The notes below the pieces were generated by a model that worked only from the letters and a program-made list of their open reading frames with translations, was not told the DNA's origin and ran no database searches. Source: a virus. From it: a DNA stretch of 64,000 nucleotides. Of the stretch, positions 8,338 to 18,004 are shown one piece after another. A program made the position numbers and the translations under genes. Location of the stretch: positions 32,001-96,000 of IMG/VR virus record IMGVR_UViG_3300025120_014916; one strand, written 5' to 3'. Numbering within the stretch: position 1 is the first letter of the stretch; every line of letters starts with the position of its first letter.

Positions 8338-8574
8338 TTATAACCTCTTTAATAGTTTTTGTTTAAGAGTATTTTTTACTGCTTCTATTTTTTTTAAATC
8401 AGATCTTTTTTTTGTTTTTGATTCGTTAAGAAGTTTAATAACTTTTAAATACGATTCAATAATTCTTTTATTTGATAATTTACTTTTTCTATTTTGCAAC
8501 TTTCTAAGTTTAAATTTTTCTTCTGCAATTATTCTTTTAAGCGTTGCAGGTGTTAGTTTTCTTACTCTTTTCAT
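8338..8574 (-). CDS. Small basic protein, candidate head-internal protein
   Basis: 78 aa, Lys-rich; N-terminal KLTPATLKRIIAEE motif; AGGAG RBS. Confidence 0.75.
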   Translation of the reverse strand: MKRVRKLTPATLKRIIAEEKFKLRKLQNRKSKLSNKRIIESYLKVIKLLNESKTKKRSDLKKIEAVKNTLKQKLLKRL

Positions 8575-8587
8575 ATCTTCTCCTGTT

Positions 8588-8644
8588 AAAATAAAAACAC
8601 AACTTAACTTTGCATTTATAACTATCGCCTAGGTTAAGTTGTGT
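8588..8644 (-). terminator. Terminator-like hairpin with a late-promoter motif in its loop
   Basis: Perfect 12-bp inverted repeat (8597-8608 / 8633-8644) followed by UUUUAUUUU; the 24-nt loop contains ATAGTTATA (8617-8625). Confidence 0.55.
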
Positions 8645-8667
8645 CTTATTTATAAAATAAAAAAATG

Positions 8668-9138
8668 TTATCCAAACGCTAAAGATGCCCATTTTGAAGA
8701 AGCTTCTTCCCCAAACAATTTCTCAGGACTATTACTCTCTACCATTCGCTGCGCAGTATCACCAGAACCTGTGGGTGTAAAACCTTTTTTACTATCTGCT
8801 GCTAATTGATCCTGGAGGGTTGTATGTGCTGTATCAGCCAACATTTCTGCAAGTACAGGATCGTTAGTAATATTTGAAGCTAACTCATCTAGCCTTTTGT
8901 TCTTTTTTATATTCTTACTGACTTCACTGTCATTGTCAATGTTATCTAAGTATTTGGGCGTTTTTGATCTTCTGCTATACTTGCTTTCTGAAACAGACAT
9001 CGCTTCTTTGAGTGTTCTGGCTTTTTTTGCGCTCGAACGCGATGTCTTGGCTTCAGAATTCAAACCTTCAGCTAAGATTTCTATTAAGCATTCTTTAACA
9101 ATACCTTTTATAACGTTTTTGGTTAATTTATCTGCCAT
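8668..9138 (-). CDS. Hypothetical protein, candidate head-internal protein
   Basis: Likely start MADKLTK at 9138 via TAATG overlap with the protease stop (the ORF track starts at 9150). Motif KLTKNVIKGIVKE. Confidence 0.75.
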   Translation of the reverse strand: MADKLTKNVIKGIVKECLIEILAEGLNSEAKTSRSSAKKARTLKEAMSVSESKYSRRSKTPKYLDNIDNDSEVSKNIKKNKRLDELASNITNDPVLAEMLADTAHTTLQDQLAADSKKGFTPTGSGDTAQRMVESNSPEKLFGEEASSKWASLAFG

Positions 9139-9743
9139 TAGTCTTCCCACCTTAATATGTCATTAAACATTCTATTTATTCTATCTGATTTGTTAAAAGA
9201 TTTGTTAAGCTCAGAATTTGATATTTTCTTACCTTCACTCATCATAAAAGCACCTGGGGTGCTAGGTTCGGAAACCATGTCAAAGCAGATTAATTGAAAA
9301 TCTTCTTGAACTATTTGTGTATCGCCTTGGCTTTGTGTAGAACCTACGCCACGTGATGAGATGCCTAGTGTTACGCCACTCTCAATAAGTGACTGTATAA
9401 TTTTACCGCTAGGCGTATCAAGTAACTCTATGACACCGTAGACGTTGTCACCTTGCATCCTAGCTTCTTTTACTACGTGCGAAACATTTTTAAGTTCAAC
9501 AACAGATGATTCTGGGTGGTCACATTCGCCCAGTGCTCTATTTTCTTGAATGAGTTTTTGATAATTAATCACTTCCCGTTCTAAAATTGTTCTGGGGTAT
9601 ATTCTGCCATTTTGATTAAGTGTATTAGCTCTTTGTATAATGCCTTTTAGTAATACCTTTCCGTATTTTTCTTTTGATTCTTTAAGCATCTGCTTGTCAA
9701 TACTAATTGGACACCATTCTGTTAATAATTTTCTATCTGTCAT
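9138..9743 (-). CDS. gp21: Prohead maturation protease, T4 gp21-like
   Basis: NQNGRIYP, ALGECDHP, VSH, LGISSRGVGS and FDMVSEPSTPGA motifs. Confidence 0.95.
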   Translation of the reverse strand: MTDRKLLTEWCPISIDKQMLKESKEKYGKVLLKGIIQRANTLNQNGRIYPRTILEREVINYQKLIQENRALGECDHPESSVVELKNVSHVVKEARMQGDNVYGVIELLDTPSGKIIQSLIESGVTLGISSRGVGSTQSQGDTQIVQEDFQLICFDMVSEPSTPGAFMMSEGKKISNSELNKSFNKSDRINRMFNDILRWED

Positions 9744-9745
9744 TT

Positions 9746-10603
9746 TTATTCCCCTAAACTAATTTCTTCAACTAATTTTGTTAAAGTTAAAAACTTACTT
9801 ATCGTACCATCATTAAGCACTTCGACATCTAGATTTATAATTTTATTTTTAACAAGATCGATCTTTTTTGATAAATATGAATTTTCATTTATTGTGCCAA
9901 AACTTTTTAATGATTTTAGTGATATTTGTTTTTGTGTGTTCAAATATTTTTTAAGCTTTTCATGCTTGTCACTATCATTACTATATAATGCGTATTTTTG
10001 CAATATTTCTCTCTGTGATGATGAAAAATCTGTATATTTTTTATTTATTTTTTCCATCATTATTTTTTCAACAAGAACATCAGAATTAGTTTCACTAGCT
10101 GAAGTATTTAAAATATCTAGACTTGAGTCTGATTTTTCTTTAATAAGATGATTTAGCGCGCTTTGCTCTAAAATTACCATCTTTTTCAAATCAGATGTAT
10201 CTCCTTTTTGCCATTCTTGAATCATATTGTGAATATTTGCCAACTCTCTGTACTCTGGGATTGATCGATAATAAAACGATCTATCTTTAATACTATAGTT
10301 AATGTCTCTAATCAACATTGATTTTTCTTTTTCAATTTTATTTCTATTAAATCTTCTAGCTGCGTTTTTTGCTTCTGTTAGAATTGCCGCGGCTATTTCT
10401 GTATTTTGAACTGTTGTCTTTGCCAATGCATTAAAAAGACGAAACTCTTTATACAATTCTGTATCTTTACTAAAACGTTTTTCTATAATTCTGGTTGCAG
10501 ATAATGCACCCTTTCTATCATTTTCAATTAATTTGGTAGATATATGCCTTAACAGTAGTTCGTACATTATACCTATGTTTCTTTTTTTATTATGCTTTGT
10601 CAT
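9746..10603 (-). CDS. Hypothetical head-assembly protein between portal and protease
   Basis: 285 aa, helical, overlaps the portal stop; occupies the position of T4 gp67/gp68. Confidence 0.7.
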   Translation of the reverse strand: MTKHNKKRNIGIMYELLLRHISTKLIENDRKGALSATRIIEKRFSKDTELYKEFRLFNALAKTTVQNTEIAAAILTEAKNAARRFNRNKIEKEKSMLIRDINYSIKDRSFYYRSIPEYRELANIHNMIQEWQKGDTSDLKKMVILEQSALNHLIKEKSDSSLDILNTSASETNSDVLVEKIMMEKINKKYTDFSSSQREILQKYALYSNDSDKHEKLKKYLNTQKQISLKSLKSFGTINENSYLSKKIDLVKNKIINLDVEVLNDGTISKFLTLTKLVEEISLGE

Positions 10604-12605
10604 CGTCTTCCCCTGATGAATTGTTCTCAGAGATTATACTTTGCTTTAGTGATTTACCAAACTTACCATCAAACCTCTTAAGTGTTGATTCTAACCTTGA
10701 TGTCATTTTAGCGTTTTGTATTATCTTACTATCTAAGTATTCACTAATATCCCATTCTTCTTCATTTAACATCGTATCTTTTGCTAAATTTCTCACTGGG
10801 TTAATTAATGCTTTCATGTCTGACATATGTCGAGGCATTCCAGAAGCGTCAAATTTTCCTTTATTACCCTTATAAGACATTATGTCTTCAGTACCGGCAT
10901 CCTCTTTATGTTTTGCTTTTTTTCTTTTTGTTTTATAATCTTGCTGTGCTTTCTTTTGCCATGATTCAAATTCTGTTAGTTTGAATTCTTCTTTATCTTC
11001 TTCATTGATCATTGCAGCATTATTTATCATGTTTTGTACCCTAATAGGGGCATTTTCATCTGATATGGAAAGTTTATTTTCTTCAGAAAGACCCGGTATA
11101 TCCGGTCCCGGGCCTATTCCGCCTAAATCAAGCCCGGGCAATTGAGGGCCACCATCGCCTATCGTATCTGGTGGCCCTAGCTCAGGACCTTCAGGCGCTT
11201 GCAATTGAGTTCCTTCAATTTCTAAATCTCCGATCTTGTCAGAAACCAATCCCGATCTGATAGCTTTAACTTCTTCATCATTAAGTCTTAATATATTTTT
11301 TTGAACCCATTTTCTATCAACTATACCTGGAACTTGTAATGCTGAACCGGCGACTTCAAATCTAGTTCTAAAAAGCTCAAGTTTTTGTTGTTGTGCTATT
11401 GTAGAAGGATTAGAAAGTCTAAGTTCAAAATCTAGAAGATCTTCGTCAGTAAAACCCTGGCAATAAAGGTGAACTATCGCAATTTTGTTCATTTCTGAAA
11501 GTATTGTTCTTTGTATTCTTGCTATGGTTCTACTAAATCTTATGTCTTCTTGGGATAACGTCGCCTTTGCCCCTAAGCCTTCATCATAGCCTAAATAAGC
11601 TTTAGGTATTTTAAGAGCAGAAAATAATTTCTTTTGAATATACTCAACATCATTTGTTTCACCGGCCATAGTTCCGCCGCCCAAGGTATCTATCGCAGTT
11701 CCCGAATCAGCGCCTCTAACAGGAATAAAATAGTCCTCGTCAACTGAAAGCGGATTATATCTTAGATCAACCTTACCGGTTGTCTTGTCGACAACCTGTG
11801 AACGTTTAAGACTGCTTTGAGCCTGTTCCATGTAGTTTTGTACATCTTCTGGAGGGACGTTACCAACGTCAATTTTAAAAACTCTTCTTTCTGGCGCTCT
11901 GACTATTCTATATACTAGCATCGCGTCTTCTAATAAAATTAATTGTCGCCAAATTCTTCTAGCAGGTTCTAATACTGAAGAACCGTATGGCAAGAATGCA
12001 TCGTTACCTAAAAGTCGCATATGAGAAATTTGCCAGTTTTCTAATATCTGATTACCTTGTGTTACCCATCTAAACCTAACTGCCATCGGATCGTTAGTAT
12101 CAAACCCTTCTTCTCTTTCTAGCTCTGCTATGGGTAGCGGATATGCGTTTATTACACCGTACTTGGGATGTACATCATTAAATAAGAAAAAGTCACCATA
12201 TTTTACTAAATTTCTTACCCATGAAGTCATATTAAATTCAATATTTAGTGTATCATAAAACAATTCGTTTAAGATCTCTTTGATTTTTGAATTTTCTGAG
12301 TATATATGAAGTGTCTTGCCGTTTTCGTCTGCTGCTACTGATTCTTCTGCGTAGATGTCTAAAGCACTCGCGATTTCCGGTGTGTACTCCATTTCTGAAA
12401 AGTCTGCATATCTGGCCATTCTGTCATACGCACCGTATGCAGACATAGCAGCACTGTATACCTGACTCTGGTTTTTTCTAAAAGTTTCAAACGCTGTTGA
12501 TGTTTTGTTATCAATTGGTTTTAAAACATTTCTTTTGACCACCGGTCCGGACCTAAATAGTCGAGTAAGTCTACCAAATAAACTTCCTTGTTGCTTGTCT
12601 GCCAT
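10590..12605 (-). CDS. gp20: Portal protein, T4 gp20-like, with extended C-terminus
   Basis: LEDAMLVYRIVRAPERRVFKIDVGN, EDYFIPVRG and DVEYIQKKLFSALKIP motifs; 671 aa. Confidence 0.95.
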   Translation of the reverse strand: MADKQQGSLFGRLTRLFRSGPVVKRNVLKPIDNKTSTAFETFRKNQSQVYSAAMSAYGAYDRMARYADFSEMEYTPEIASALDIYAEESVAADENGKTLHIYSENSKIKEILNELFYDTLNIEFNMTSWVRNLVKYGDFFLFNDVHPKYGVINAYPLPIAELEREEGFDTNDPMAVRFRWVTQGNQILENWQISHMRLLGNDAFLPYGSSVLEPARRIWRQLILLEDAMLVYRIVRAPERRVFKIDVGNVPPEDVQNYMEQAQSSLKRSQVVDKTTGKVDLRYNPLSVDEDYFIPVRGADSGTAIDTLGGGTMAGETNDVEYIQKKLFSALKIPKAYLGYDEGLGAKATLSQEDIRFSRTIARIQRTILSEMNKIAIVHLYCQGFTDEDLLDFELRLSNPSTIAQQQKLELFRTRFEVAGSALQVPGIVDRKWVQKNILRLNDEEVKAIRSGLVSDKIGDLEIEGTQLQAPEGPELGPPDTIGDGGPQLPGLDLGGIGPGPDIPGLSEENKLSISDENAPIRVQNMINNAAMINEEDKEEFKLTEFESWQKKAQQDYKTKRKKAKHKEDAGTEDIMSYKGNKGKFDASGMPRHMSDMKALINPVRNLAKDTMLNEEEWDISEYLDSKIIQNAKMTSRLESTLKRFDGKFGKSLKQSIISENNSSGEDDDKA

Positions 12606-12616
12606 TACTTATTTCC

Positions 12617-14245
12617 TTACTTTAGAACCCATAACATATCATTAGGTATATTACTGCGATTTGTTGCAGAATTAATATCTGTTTTAACAATTCTTTTATT
12701 TTGATCACCATTTGATCTATAGATCGGTGACCCTAGTCCGTTGCCACTGCTTTCTGATTGATAGCTTTTTCTTTCTACCTTAAATGCGTTTATCATTGCT
12801 TGATTGACAGCTTTTGAATCTTTGCTATAGTCAGAACTAGCATCATATAACCAAGACCCTATTGCAAGACTCATTACTAGATCATCGTTAAAGCCTCTTT
12901 TTGCTTGTGCTTTACCACTTTGCCATGTAAAAACTTTTAATTCTTCATAAAATCGAGAAGAATAAGATATTATTTGCTTATTTCTTATAACTTCTTCTAA
13001 TTTAGCAAGAATCGTACCTCTTGTTTTCCCGTTTGTATTGAAGCCAGCTTGATCGGCTGTTGACGGAGGGACGTAGTTACCTATATAAGCAGCTTTTTTA
13101 TTTTGCTTATAGTAAATCCTAGGGTATCTTAGTTCAATCAATTTAAGTATCGTGGCAAACCCGTACGAATTGTTTTCTGGACACAGCAATGCTTTATTAT
13201 ATTTTATGCCAAATTCATTTAAAAGCAAACCGAAGTTATCTGGCCTTATTTTACCTTTATACTCACAAACAACTTCGCCTGTATTGCAGTCAACTATATG
13301 AAACGTTGAGTAGTCTTTTGAATCGCCTCTTGATACATCTGCAGACATTATATAGTCATGTTCTGAGAGAGGATATTTCCATATCCAAACATTTCTGTCG
13401 TCGCCAGCTCTATCAATAGGCTTTTGTATACAGGTTCTCATCCATTCTATAGCAGCATCATCTAAAAACGTTTCACCGCTGCTAGCAAAATCACATAAAA
13501 ATTCTTGAGCAATCTGTCTTTTTGACATGTTTGATGTCATCTTGTCAAACCATGCTTGATCATAATCAGGGTTGAAGTGCCATGGGATTTTTATTGCATT
13601 AAATTCATTAAGGTTTGCTTCAGCTTGTGTATAGAGTTTATAATATTGGCCGCCGGCTCCATTTGGCGTTGACAGTATAATTGCACGCCCACCTGTCGAT
13701 AGTGTTGGGTATATACCCGTCCATATAGTATCAAAATTTCTTACAAAAGCAGCCTCATCTACAATGAGTAGTGATAACGACTCAGAACGTCCAGCATCTT
13801 CAGAAGTTGGAATTGCTTTTATTTGTGAGCCAGTGTTAAATACGATCTCTTGCTTATTATTTGATACCATTTCTGGGAGTATCAGCCACTTAGGTAATGA
13901 TCTTAGCATAGACTTTACTTTTACAATAAAGTTTTGAGCAATTTTAAGTTTTGTGGCAATTACTAATATACTTTGTTCTTTTTTAAATATAGCTAGCCAA
14001 ACAGAATATGCTGCAGCCAGTGTCGACAATCCTTGTTGTCTAGATTTAAGAACTATGTTAAATCTATGTTCATTAAAATCATCAATGCAATCTTTTTGAA
14101 AGTCATACATGTTAAACGGGATCATTCCGCGCATAGGATGCTGTATCTTTACATAAGTTTCAAAGAAATAATTAGCATTCTTACCACACTTAATTATTTC
14201 TTGAACTTGCTGCTGCCTAGATTTAATGCTAGATTTAATTGCCAT
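12617..14245 (-). CDS. terL: Terminase large subunit, T4 gp17-like
   Basis: Walker A KSRQQGLST, Walker B LLIVDEAAF, STPNG coupling motif, RNase H-like nuclease SADVSRG...DYS...DDLVMSLA. Confidence 0.97.
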   Translation of the reverse strand: MAIKSSIKSRQQQVQEIIKCGKNANYFFETYVKIQHPMRGMIPFNMYDFQKDCIDDFNEHRFNIVLKSRQQGLSTLAAAYSVWLAIFKKEQSILVIATKLKIAQNFIVKVKSMLRSLPKWLILPEMVSNNKQEIVFNTGSQIKAIPTSEDAGRSESLSLLIVDEAAFVRNFDTIWTGIYPTLSTGGRAIILSTPNGAGGQYYKLYTQAEANLNEFNAIKIPWHFNPDYDQAWFDKMTSNMSKRQIAQEFLCDFASSGETFLDDAAIEWMRTCIQKPIDRAGDDRNVWIWKYPLSEHDYIMSADVSRGDSKDYSTFHIVDCNTGEVVCEYKGKIRPDNFGLLLNEFGIKYNKALLCPENNSYGFATILKLIELRYPRIYYKQNKKAAYIGNYVPPSTADQAGFNTNGKTRGTILAKLEEVIRNKQIISYSSRFYEELKVFTWQSGKAQAKRGFNDDLVMSLAIGSWLYDASSDYSKDSKAVNQAMINAFKVERKSYQSESSGNGLGSPIYRSNGDQNKRIVKTDINSATNRSNIPNDMLWVLK

Positions 14246-14622
14246 TAACTAATCTCAAACGAATAGACATTTCTTACTAGCGCAGTACCTTTTGGTGAAA
14301 AAGCAGACATATTTATTAACTCTACAGATGGGTTTTCACCTATATTTTTAGTCTTGAGTACTCGACCCGCTGCTATCTTAAATTCATCTTTAATTTCTTT
14401 AAGACTAACATCACATGCTTTGTTTAGTTGATCTTGAGCTTTTTTAGCTTCTGCATGCATTTCAGATCGGTTCAACAAATTAACAACTGTCATGACAGTT
14501 ATTTCTAGCAGGCCTTCAGAGACAATTTTTGGAAGTACCTTAAAAGCTCCGATGCTGTCATATGCATTTTTATATGTTGGATCAATAATGTTTCCTAATA
14601 TGTTAGTTTCTTCTAAATTCAT
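14245..14622 (-). CDS. Hypothetical protein translationally coupled to terL
   Basis: 125 aa; TAATG overlap with terL; preceded by ATATTTATA. Confidence 0.75.
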   Translation of the reverse strand: MNLEETNILGNIIDPTYKNAYDSIGAFKVLPKIVSEGLLEITVMTVVNLLNRSEMHAEAKKAQDQLNKACDVSLKEIKDEFKIAAGRVLKTKNIGENPSVELINMSAFSPKGTALVRNVYSFEIS

Positions 14623-14885
14623 TTTTTCTCCTCAGGGTTTAACTGACATTTTCTATTATAAATATGCGTTTCTAGAGTTTCTTTATCAGGTCGCCACCCT
14701 TCTTTCCATTCTTTTTTTCTTGCTTCTATAAAAGTTAAGTAACAATCATTACAAGAACCGTCATAATCTTTTGAACTTTTAAAGTCTAATAAAGATGTTA
14801 ATGTAAACTTGCACAACGAACAGAAAAAATATTCATTACTTTGAGATAGTGAATCTTTAAAAATAACTTTATGGTTGATATACAT
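14619..14885 (-). CDS. Small zinc-finger protein
   Basis: 88 aa with CSLC and CNDC; overlaps both neighbours. Confidence 0.7.
   Translation of the reverse strand: MYINHKVIFKDSLSQSNEYFFCSLCKFTLTSLLDFKSSKDYDGSCNDCYLTFIEARKKEWKEGWRPDKETLETHIYNRKCQLNPEEKK
14657..14665 (-). promoter_or_regulatory. Putative late promoter ATATTTATA for the terminase-portal operon
   Basis: Perfect motif inside the 3' end of the Zn-finger gene, 35 nt upstream of ATG 14622. Confidence 0.5.
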
Positions 14886-17800
14886 GTGAATCTACTCCTT
14901 CTTTTATTATTTCTATTGTATTGTCTACAATATCTTTAATCGCATCAATATGAGAAATAATTATAATGTTTTTAAATAATTTTTTAAACGATGTTAGTAG
15001 TTTACTACAAGATTCTAGATTTGTTTCATCTAGCGCACCAAAACCTTCATCAATTATCAGCATGTTTGTCTTAGGAAGCGTTGAGACATTAATCAATGCA
15101 ACCCTTATCGCCAACGATGCCATCATTTTTTCCATACCTGATGCTAATTCAACAATTCTTCTGCTATCACCGTAGTTTATATAGATATCCATAGCATTAC
15201 TTTTTAAATCTGCTTCTAACTCTATAGTGAATCCGACAACGCCTTGTAAGATTTTTGATATCTCTGCATTAATTTTTGGTAATAGTGAGTATAGAAGCTG
15301 AACTGGAATTCCTCTTTTTGAGGTTGCTTGAATAAACATGTCATAAAGTTTAAGATCTTTATTTATTTTCTGATAATCCTCTAAATTCTTTTTGTAGAGA
15401 TCTCTTTTTGCGCGCCATGATGCAGTTTGACTTATCGCAGTGTCTCTTTTAGAATTAATTTGTTTTCTTTCTCTTTCAAGCTGACTGATGCGATTATGTA
15501 TTTCTTGAAACTCGCTCGAGTCTTGCGAATTAAAAAGTACTAATGTGTTTTTGTAATCTTGTTCTGCAGTGTTTAGCTGTCTTTTTAAGTTAACTATAGT
15601 TTGAATTGCTCTTTCAATTTTAATCTTTCTTTCAGATATTTCATCTACAAATTTTGACTTTTTGCTTAGAATTGTATTGTATTGTTCTATTTTCTTTTCG
15701 TAATCTTCTGATAGATTATTTAATTCGTTATCTATGTCATCAACTTTTACAGATAGAAAAGTTACTTTTTCTTCTTGATTGTCAAGTTTTTGCTTATTTC
15801 TATGTGAATTCTTAATGAATTTGCATGTTGGGAAACTGTCGCCACAAGGTACTTGATCTAGTATTTTTACAGATTTAGATATGTTATCTAATTCTTTCCT
15901 CTCAAGTTTTAAATTTCCTTTGAGTTCAATCAAAGATTGCCTGATTTTTCTTTTTGCGTCCCTCTTCTTTTTTATATCTTTTAAATTAAAATTGACTAAA
16001 AAGTTTTCAATCTTTTTAATTTTTGCTGTTTGCTCACTAATAGATTCAACTAGTTCAAACTTTTTATTTTCTAAAATTGATATATCGTTTTTTATCTTTA
16101 TGCAGCTAGCTTCCTTCTTATCAACAGTAGACTGCGGCATGTATTCTATTTCTTCGCTTATGCTCGTTTTCATTTCTTTTATTGTTGATTCAACTTCTTC
16201 TAGCTTGTTTTCACACGAAACCTTTACTAATAAGTGTTCATCAATCTTGCTTAAGCAGTGATTGTATTTATCTTCCCAGTTATCTGATGACAATACATTG
16301 ATTTTACTTCTTAAAGGACTGCACTCTTTTTTTGCCAATTCTGACATTTTATCGAAAACTTCCAAGTCTAAAAAGTTTGATAGGATATTTTTTCTAGCAG
16401 CCGCCTTTTCTTTAATAAAATTATTTATCTCTCCCTGTGAAGCTAAACTTGTCATTAAAAATTCTTCACTGGTGCCTATTGTCTTTCTAAGTATTTTTTC
16501 TGTTTCTCTTCTTTGTTCATCTGTTAAATCCTCTATAATATCTCCCGATCCGTTAAGTCTATAAAACTTTAAAGAGGTAGGTGCCCAAATATCTTTCTTT
16601 GTCTGCTTTTTAATTGTTTCTCTAGATATTCTATAAGGTATTCCTGCTACGCTTATGTCTATGTCTGCTGAACAGCTACTAAATCTTGTGTTGATTATGT
16701 GTAGATTTTTTATAGAGCCACGATCTGATGCATTAAAAAGTCCGTATACTAGACTTCCAATAACAGAAGACTTTCCGCGTGCATTTCTTCCAAATATACC
16801 AGTAATACCCGGCAAATTATCAAAATTAATATAGTTACCTTTACCGTATGAAAAGGTACTATCAAATTTCATGGAGTTGATGGTCCAATTGGAATTTCTA
16901 TTGTCTTCACCAGATTTTGATATTGTGTCAATATATTGGCTAGTCATTAAATTTAACTTTTCCCACTGATGATCATCTAAGTCATGACTGTCATAATAAG
17001 CTTTGATTAATTCAATTTGAACGTTTGAGTCTCTTAGATTTAATGCCTTATCATTTGTTTGATCGACTAGATTTTTTTCAGAATCAAACTTTGTCTCTAT
17101 CTTAAAAACAACTTCTTTTGCGTTATGACTCTTTTTTAACTGTTTTCTCAGTCTTTTAGCATCTGCTTGGGATATAAAATTATCAGCGCGTATTCTAAAT
17201 CTAGATTGGCGCGGATGATATTTGCATTCTATTAGCGTTGTCTTTATATCGCCTTGCCAGTCAACAGTTATGAAAGGATGAATATTTTTTACAGGTATGT
17301 ATTTAACATCAAAGTCGTTTCGGCCTCTTATGTCCCAAAACAAAAAACCCTTATCTGGCGTTTCGCCATAATTTTGCTGAATCGTACTTCCACAATACGC
17401 AACAGTTTTGTGTTTATCTAGAAACTGTCGCTTATGTATGTCTCCTAGTAATGCAAAATCATAATTTTTAAAAAACCCTAAGTTAACTTCGCCGCCTAAT
17501 TGCCAATCAATGTCTGTTAGTGATCCTCGCACGGAGCCATGAAACAATGCGATATTTATATCAGAAGGATCAGGTTTTAGATCGACCCAGTTTTCTTCAT
17601 CAAAACATGAAAAGACGCACCATTTAAAACCTGGATGACCCGTATCATATATACCTGTATCCTTTAAAAGAAATATGTTAGGATTGTCTATAGCGTTTAT
17701 GATTGGTGTGATTGCGTCTTGTCGATCTTTGTTTAATATGAGTCCGTCATGATTGCCTAATATTACATGAACTGGGCATATTGATGCCATCTTATTAAAC

Positions 17801-17991
17801 CACCAACAGAGACTCTGTATTAGCTCTGGTGATATTCCTTGTGTTTTACTATGTACAATATCACCCCCAATGTATATTACGTCAGGTTTGCAATCTCGTG
17901 CTTTTTTAAAAAAATCATTAAATGCTAATATGTACTCTTCATGCCTAGATAGTCCGCGCCAGTGGACGTCTGCAATATGAATAATCTTCAT
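14869..17991 (-). CDS. Fused Mre11/SbcD nuclease - Rad50/SbcC ATPase (gp47-gp46-like)
   Basis: Metallophosphoesterase motifs DVH, GGD, GNHD, HG, GDIH; then Walker A GRNARGKS, coiled coil, signature LASGMEK, Walker B IIDEGFGALD and H-loop ISH in one 1040-aa ORF. Confidence 0.93.
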   Translation of the reverse strand: MKIIHIADVHWRGLSRHEEYILAFNDFFKKARDCKPDVIYIGGDIVHSKTQGISPELIQSLCWWFNKMASICPVHVILGNHDGLILNKDRQDAITPIINAIDNPNIFLLKDTGIYDTGHPGFKWCVFSCFDEENWVDLKPDPSDINIALFHGSVRGSLTDIDWQLGGEVNLGFFKNYDFALLGDIHKRQFLDKHKTVAYCGSTIQQNYGETPDKGFLFWDIRGRNDFDVKYIPVKNIHPFITVDWQGDIKTTLIECKYHPRQSRFRIRADNFISQADAKRLRKQLKKSHNAKEVVFKIETKFDSEKNLVDQTNDKALNLRDSNVQIELIKAYYDSHDLDDHQWEKLNLMTSQYIDTISKSGEDNRNSNWTINSMKFDSTFSYGKGNYINFDNLPGITGIFGRNARGKSSVIGSLVYGLFNASDRGSIKNLHIINTRFSSCSADIDISVAGIPYRISRETIKKQTKKDIWAPTSLKFYRLNGSGDIIEDLTDEQRRETEKILRKTIGTSEEFLMTSLASQGEINNFIKEKAAARKNILSNFLDLEVFDKMSELAKKECSPLRSKINVLSSDNWEDKYNHCLSKIDEHLLVKVSCENKLEEVESTIKEMKTSISEEIEYMPQSTVDKKEASCIKIKNDISILENKKFELVESISEQTAKIKKIENFLVNFNLKDIKKKRDAKRKIRQSLIELKGNLKLERKELDNISKSVKILDQVPCGDSFPTCKFIKNSHRNKQKLDNQEEKVTFLSVKVDDIDNELNNLSEDYEKKIEQYNTILSKKSKFVDEISERKIKIERAIQTIVNLKRQLNTAEQDYKNTLVLFNSQDSSEFQEIHNRISQLERERKQINSKRDTAISQTASWRAKRDLYKKNLEDYQKINKDLKLYDMFIQATSKRGIPVQLLYSLLPKINAEISKILQGVVGFTIELEADLKSNAMDIYINYGDSRRIVELASGMEKMMASLAIRVALINVSTLPKTNMLIIDEGFGALDETNLESCSKLLTSFKKLFKNIIIISHIDAIKDIVDNTIEIIKEGVDSHVYQP

Positions 17992-18004
17992 TTATTCTCC
18001 TTGT

